A stretch of DNA of 64,000 nucleotides from Macrostomum lignano (lineage: Eukaryota). The stretch is taken from assembly GCA_002269645.1 (NCBI GenBank), contig NIVC01000340.1:248001-312000 (forward strand). The letters run 5' to 3'. How positions within the stretch are numbered: position 1 is the first letter of the stretch; every line of letters begins with the position of its first letter. A model generated the notes under the pieces. That model was not told where the DNA came from and did no database searches. It was given only the letters and a program-made list of their open reading frames with translations. A program made the position numbers and the translations under genes. Below, piece by piece: positions 60,923-64,000 of the stretch.

Positions 60923-62077
60923 CTATCCAGCTCCGTTTGCATTTACTGTCGCCACTTGGGCCTCCGAGTTGGTGCCGCTGTACTGCCGATTCTTGATGCA
61001 GTCGACTTTAAACGTGGCCAAAACGCTCCTCTTAAACGGCAGGTTGCGAGCCATGAGCACAAAGAAATTGATGCTCTGATTCACCAGTCCGATGACCAGG
61101 CTCATAAAGAACAAATTTGCGGCCACACTGATGAGGCTCATGTCTCCATAGCTTACCAAGGTGAAGTCGAGCACCTCCAGAAACAGGCGAAACACCAGCA
61201 GCGGCGTGTGCAGGATCAGGTAGAGGACAGTCAGTATGAGCACAACCAACGCACCGAAGTATTCATTCGAGTTCAACTCCTGCTGCTCATTGCCAGAATT
61301 CGACAACATCCGGTGCTGTTTCAGAGCCGACACAACTTGACGCACTAGGAAACAGTTGAGTATGAGCATGAGCAGAATCCCGAGCAGAGGCGGATTAGAC
61401 ATCACGGATGTGTAGACCATCATGCCCAGCCGATATTCGGGCAGGTGAGAGCAGAGCAGCACAACCGCAGTGGCCGTCTCCGACACGGCGTGGTGCCCAA
61501 CGAAGATGCCGTTCGGCAGGGCGATCAGAGCGGACAGGACGAACGTGCCAGCCAGGACCTTGACAGCGGTTCCGATGCCGACATTCTTCATGGCCAGCGG
61601 CCGGTGGACAGCCAGCAGTCGGTCCATCACCAGCACCAGCAGCCAAGCGCAGGACAGAGCCTGGCAGAAGTTCAGCGAGTAGCGGGACACCTTGCACATG
61701 CTGTCGCTCAGGTTGGAGGCGAAGAACCCGAAACTGCCAGCCGTGAGCCAAGGCAGGCCTTTGTTGAGAAACACACTGAATATGCCGACGATGATGAGGC
61801 TAAGGTTGTCAGCAGCGGCGATGCAGCCCAGGTACAAATTCTGACGAGTCAGCGGCCTGAGGCTGCCCAGCATCACGTAGGCAACGATGGAGTTCCCAAT
61901 CAAGCCGACAATGATGACGATCGGTAGCAGCAGTCCCGACATGACGCCCACCACGTGCGACAGGACGCAGAACAGGTGCTTGCCCGGATCTCCGCTCTGA
62001 CAGTCTCTCACCATCTGCAAAGCACTCTCGACGTACAAAGTGACGCGGCGACCAGGCGATCCAGCTGAGTCATTCAT
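60923..62077 (-). CDS. Intronless-CDS rhodopsin-like class A GPCR, neuropeptide/orphan type, 384 aa
   Basis: Seven hydrophobic segments; GLIGNSIV (TM1), YLGCIAAADNL (TM2), C..S (TM3), MDRLLAVHRP (DRY-like), LHTP (TM6), SINFF (TM7). Confidence 0.9.
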   Translation of the reverse strand: MNDSAGSPGRRVTLYVESALQMVRDCQSGDPGKHLFCVLSHVVGVMSGLLLPIVIIVGLIGNSIVAYVMLGSLRPLTRQNLYLGCIAAADNLSLIIVGIFSVFLNKGLPWLTAGSFGFFASNLSDSMCKVSRYSLNFCQALSCAWLLVLVMDRLLAVHRPLAMKNVGIGTAVKVLAGTFVLSALIALPNGIFVGHHAVSETATAVVLLCSHLPEYRLGMMVYTSVMSNPPLLGILLMLILNCFLVRQVVSALKQHRMLSNSGNEQQELNSNEYFGALVVLILTVLYLILHTPLLVFRLFLEVLDFTLVSYGDMSLISVAANLFFMSLVIGLVNQSINFFVLMARNLPFKRSVLATFKVDCIKNRQYSGTNSEAQVATVNANGAG

Positions 62078-62922
62078 GTCGCTTCAGCGAAATCTGAGCA
62101 CAAAATGATTTAGATCGCGAATTTTTCTCAGTAGGTCGAGATTGAGAAAAAAGCTGAAATGTTGCTCTCGATTTTTTTCATCGGGTCTTCATCGATTTGG
62201 ACGCATCGTCCAATGACAGCAGACAGGTGCTTGTAGCGACTCTTCAACTGGTTACAATTTGTCAATTCGTTTTTTGTCAGCAACCGGATATTAATTCATT
62301 TACCTGGGAAAAGAGTAGCGGAGGGATCGAGGATCATGCAGCTGGCGTCCCAGATCGGGTTGAATTCTTCAAGCCACTGCAGATACTTGCGCAGAAAGAG
62401 GCAATTAATGCTACGGGCCATTTTAGTTACAGGTAAAATTTTAGCATGTAGTTTTTTTACCTCAAAGCACTCAACTAAGTCAAGACTACAGTTTGTTTGG
62501 CTACTTATAGTAGTATCAGGTATTTTAAACTATTTTAAACGGAACGGAGTAAAAAAACAAGCACTTACCCCGTGTCAACTCTTCATACTCTAAGCAAGGT
62601 GAGCACATTATAGGTAAGGCCCCATGGCTACAGCTTCACAACACAGCACAGGTACGAATAAAACTGCTATTCATTCTGCACTAACTTACTCCGCACAAAT
62701 AGCATCTGCTCTTCTACTAAACACACTTTTTTTACTGACCAAAAGCAGCAGCAGCAGGTGCTCAATTTCTTGTATTTGCCCTGCTGCTGCTCTCTCGCTC
62801 AATTTCTGTCCGCACTTTCGAGCACTTCATCTCTCTCTGTCTGTCCCAGCTGCCGCACTCTCACCCAAGATTTGGATATCTACGAAAAACGAAGAGAGAA
62901 AAACTGAGAGAGAGAAAACGCG

Positions 62923-63334
62923 ATGGACTCTCTGCAAGCAAGTCCGCCAAGAAGTCTGCATCAGCTGTACACAATTCTTCTTGAAGAGCTGTCACGAGTT
63001 CGAGCGCAGCTAACCAGTCTAGAATTCGAGTTTTACAGTCAGGACGGCACAGAAGATGACGCAATGCAGGCTCCCAGATCAGGTGCCGCAGATTCCGATG
63101 TCGACGCTTACGCATTTATCTGCCGTTGGGCACCGGTTGCTAAGGAGGTGATGCAGTGCCACAGCCTCGCTGAGCTGAACTCGATGCGCCAGATGCAGTC
63201 CGCCATCGTGCTGGGTCGGGATCCCGAGCTGAGGGAGGCGCAGCCGGATCTCAAGCATATCAAGCCGGAGACTTGCATTAAACTGACTCGACTCCAGAAT
63301 CGCCTGCTGGCCTATGTGCCTAGCAGGTTTACGG
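62923..63334 (+). CDS. Probable first coding exon of an unknown gene, continuing beyond the window
   Basis: Non-repetitive 137-codon ORF with GC-rich codon usage like the other genes; GTGGGT donor-like site directly before an intron-type array. Confidence 0.55.
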
Positions 63335-63344
63335 GTGGGTGACA

Positions 63345-64000
63345 TGTGTGTTAATTGCGTCAGGAGCTGGGTGTGATTGCGTCAGGAACTGGGTGTGACT
63401 GCGTCAGGAACTGGGTCTGACTGCACGCGTCAGGAACTGGGTGTGATTGCCAGGAACTGGATGTGACTGCGTCATGAACTGGGTGTGACTGCGTCAGGAA
63501 CTGGATGTGACTGCGTCAGGAACTGGGTGTGACTGCGTCAGGAACTGGATGTGACTGCGTCAGGAACTGGGTGTGACTGCACGCGTCAGGAACTGGATGT
63601 GACTGCGTCAGGAACTGGGTCTGACTGCACGCGTCAGGAACTGGGTGTGATTGCCAGGAACTGGATGTGACTGCGTCATGAACTGGATGTGACTGCGTCA
63701 TGAACTGGGTGTGACTGCGTCAGGAACTGGATGTGACTGCGTCAGGAACTGGGTGTGACTGAGTCAGGAACTGGGTGTGACTGCACGCGTCAGGAACTGG
63801 GTGTGACTGAGTCAGGAACTGGGTGTGACTGAGTCAGGAACTGGGTGTGACTGAGTCAGGAACTGGGTGTGACTGAGTCAGGAACTGGGTGTGACTGAGT
63901 CAGGAACTGGGTGTGACTGAGTCAGGAACTGGGTGTGACTGAGTCAGGAACTGGGTGTGACTGAGTCAGGAACTGGGTGTGACTGAGTCAGGAACTGGGT
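63345..64000 (+). repeat. 22-bp minisatellite (GTCAGGAACTGGGTGTGACTG[C/A]), runs off the window end
   Basis: ~29 copies. Confidence 0.96.

Noticed and set aside
610-64000. CRISPR array interpretation of the periodic repeats
   Set aside because: No unique spacers, no cas genes, and a spliceosomal eukaryotic context
1-64000. Spliced-leader RNA gene or snRNA genes
   Set aside because: No SL exon plus Sm-site structure or snRNA sequence recognised

Overview
Eukaryotic (metazoan invertebrate) genomic DNA with GC-rich exons and AT-rich, minisatellite-filled introns and spacers. The style suggests a free-living flatworm such as a macrostomorph, but that is inference. A minus-strand run of five co-oriented housekeeping genes (POT1-like, TMEM205, eIF3h, MED4, PPP1R7/sds22) is followed by a plus-strand run (HOGA1, DYNC2LI1, OSBP, PSMB7 and a candidate small orphan gene). 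The window ends with a minus-strand intronless class A GPCR and the first exon of an unknown plus-strand gene. About 25 tandem arrays fill most large introns and spacers. Many array units read on the sense strand as branch-point, 3' acceptor or 5' donor motifs, and several repeat the functional splice site next to them. One 19-nt-core minisatellite recurs four times, each time sense-oriented upstream of a co-oriented downstream gene (one of the four genes is only a candidate). Mobile DNA includes two foldback MITEs with 8-bp TSDs (one with a TTAGGG-like core), hAT-like and Harbinger-like MITEs, two tRNA-derived SINE families, a Penelope remnant with inverted hammerhead-like tails, and a decayed Transib/RAG1-like transposase in a CpG-depleted block. 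Exon coordinates were derived by hand, and gene identities come from remembered family motifs rather than database searches.
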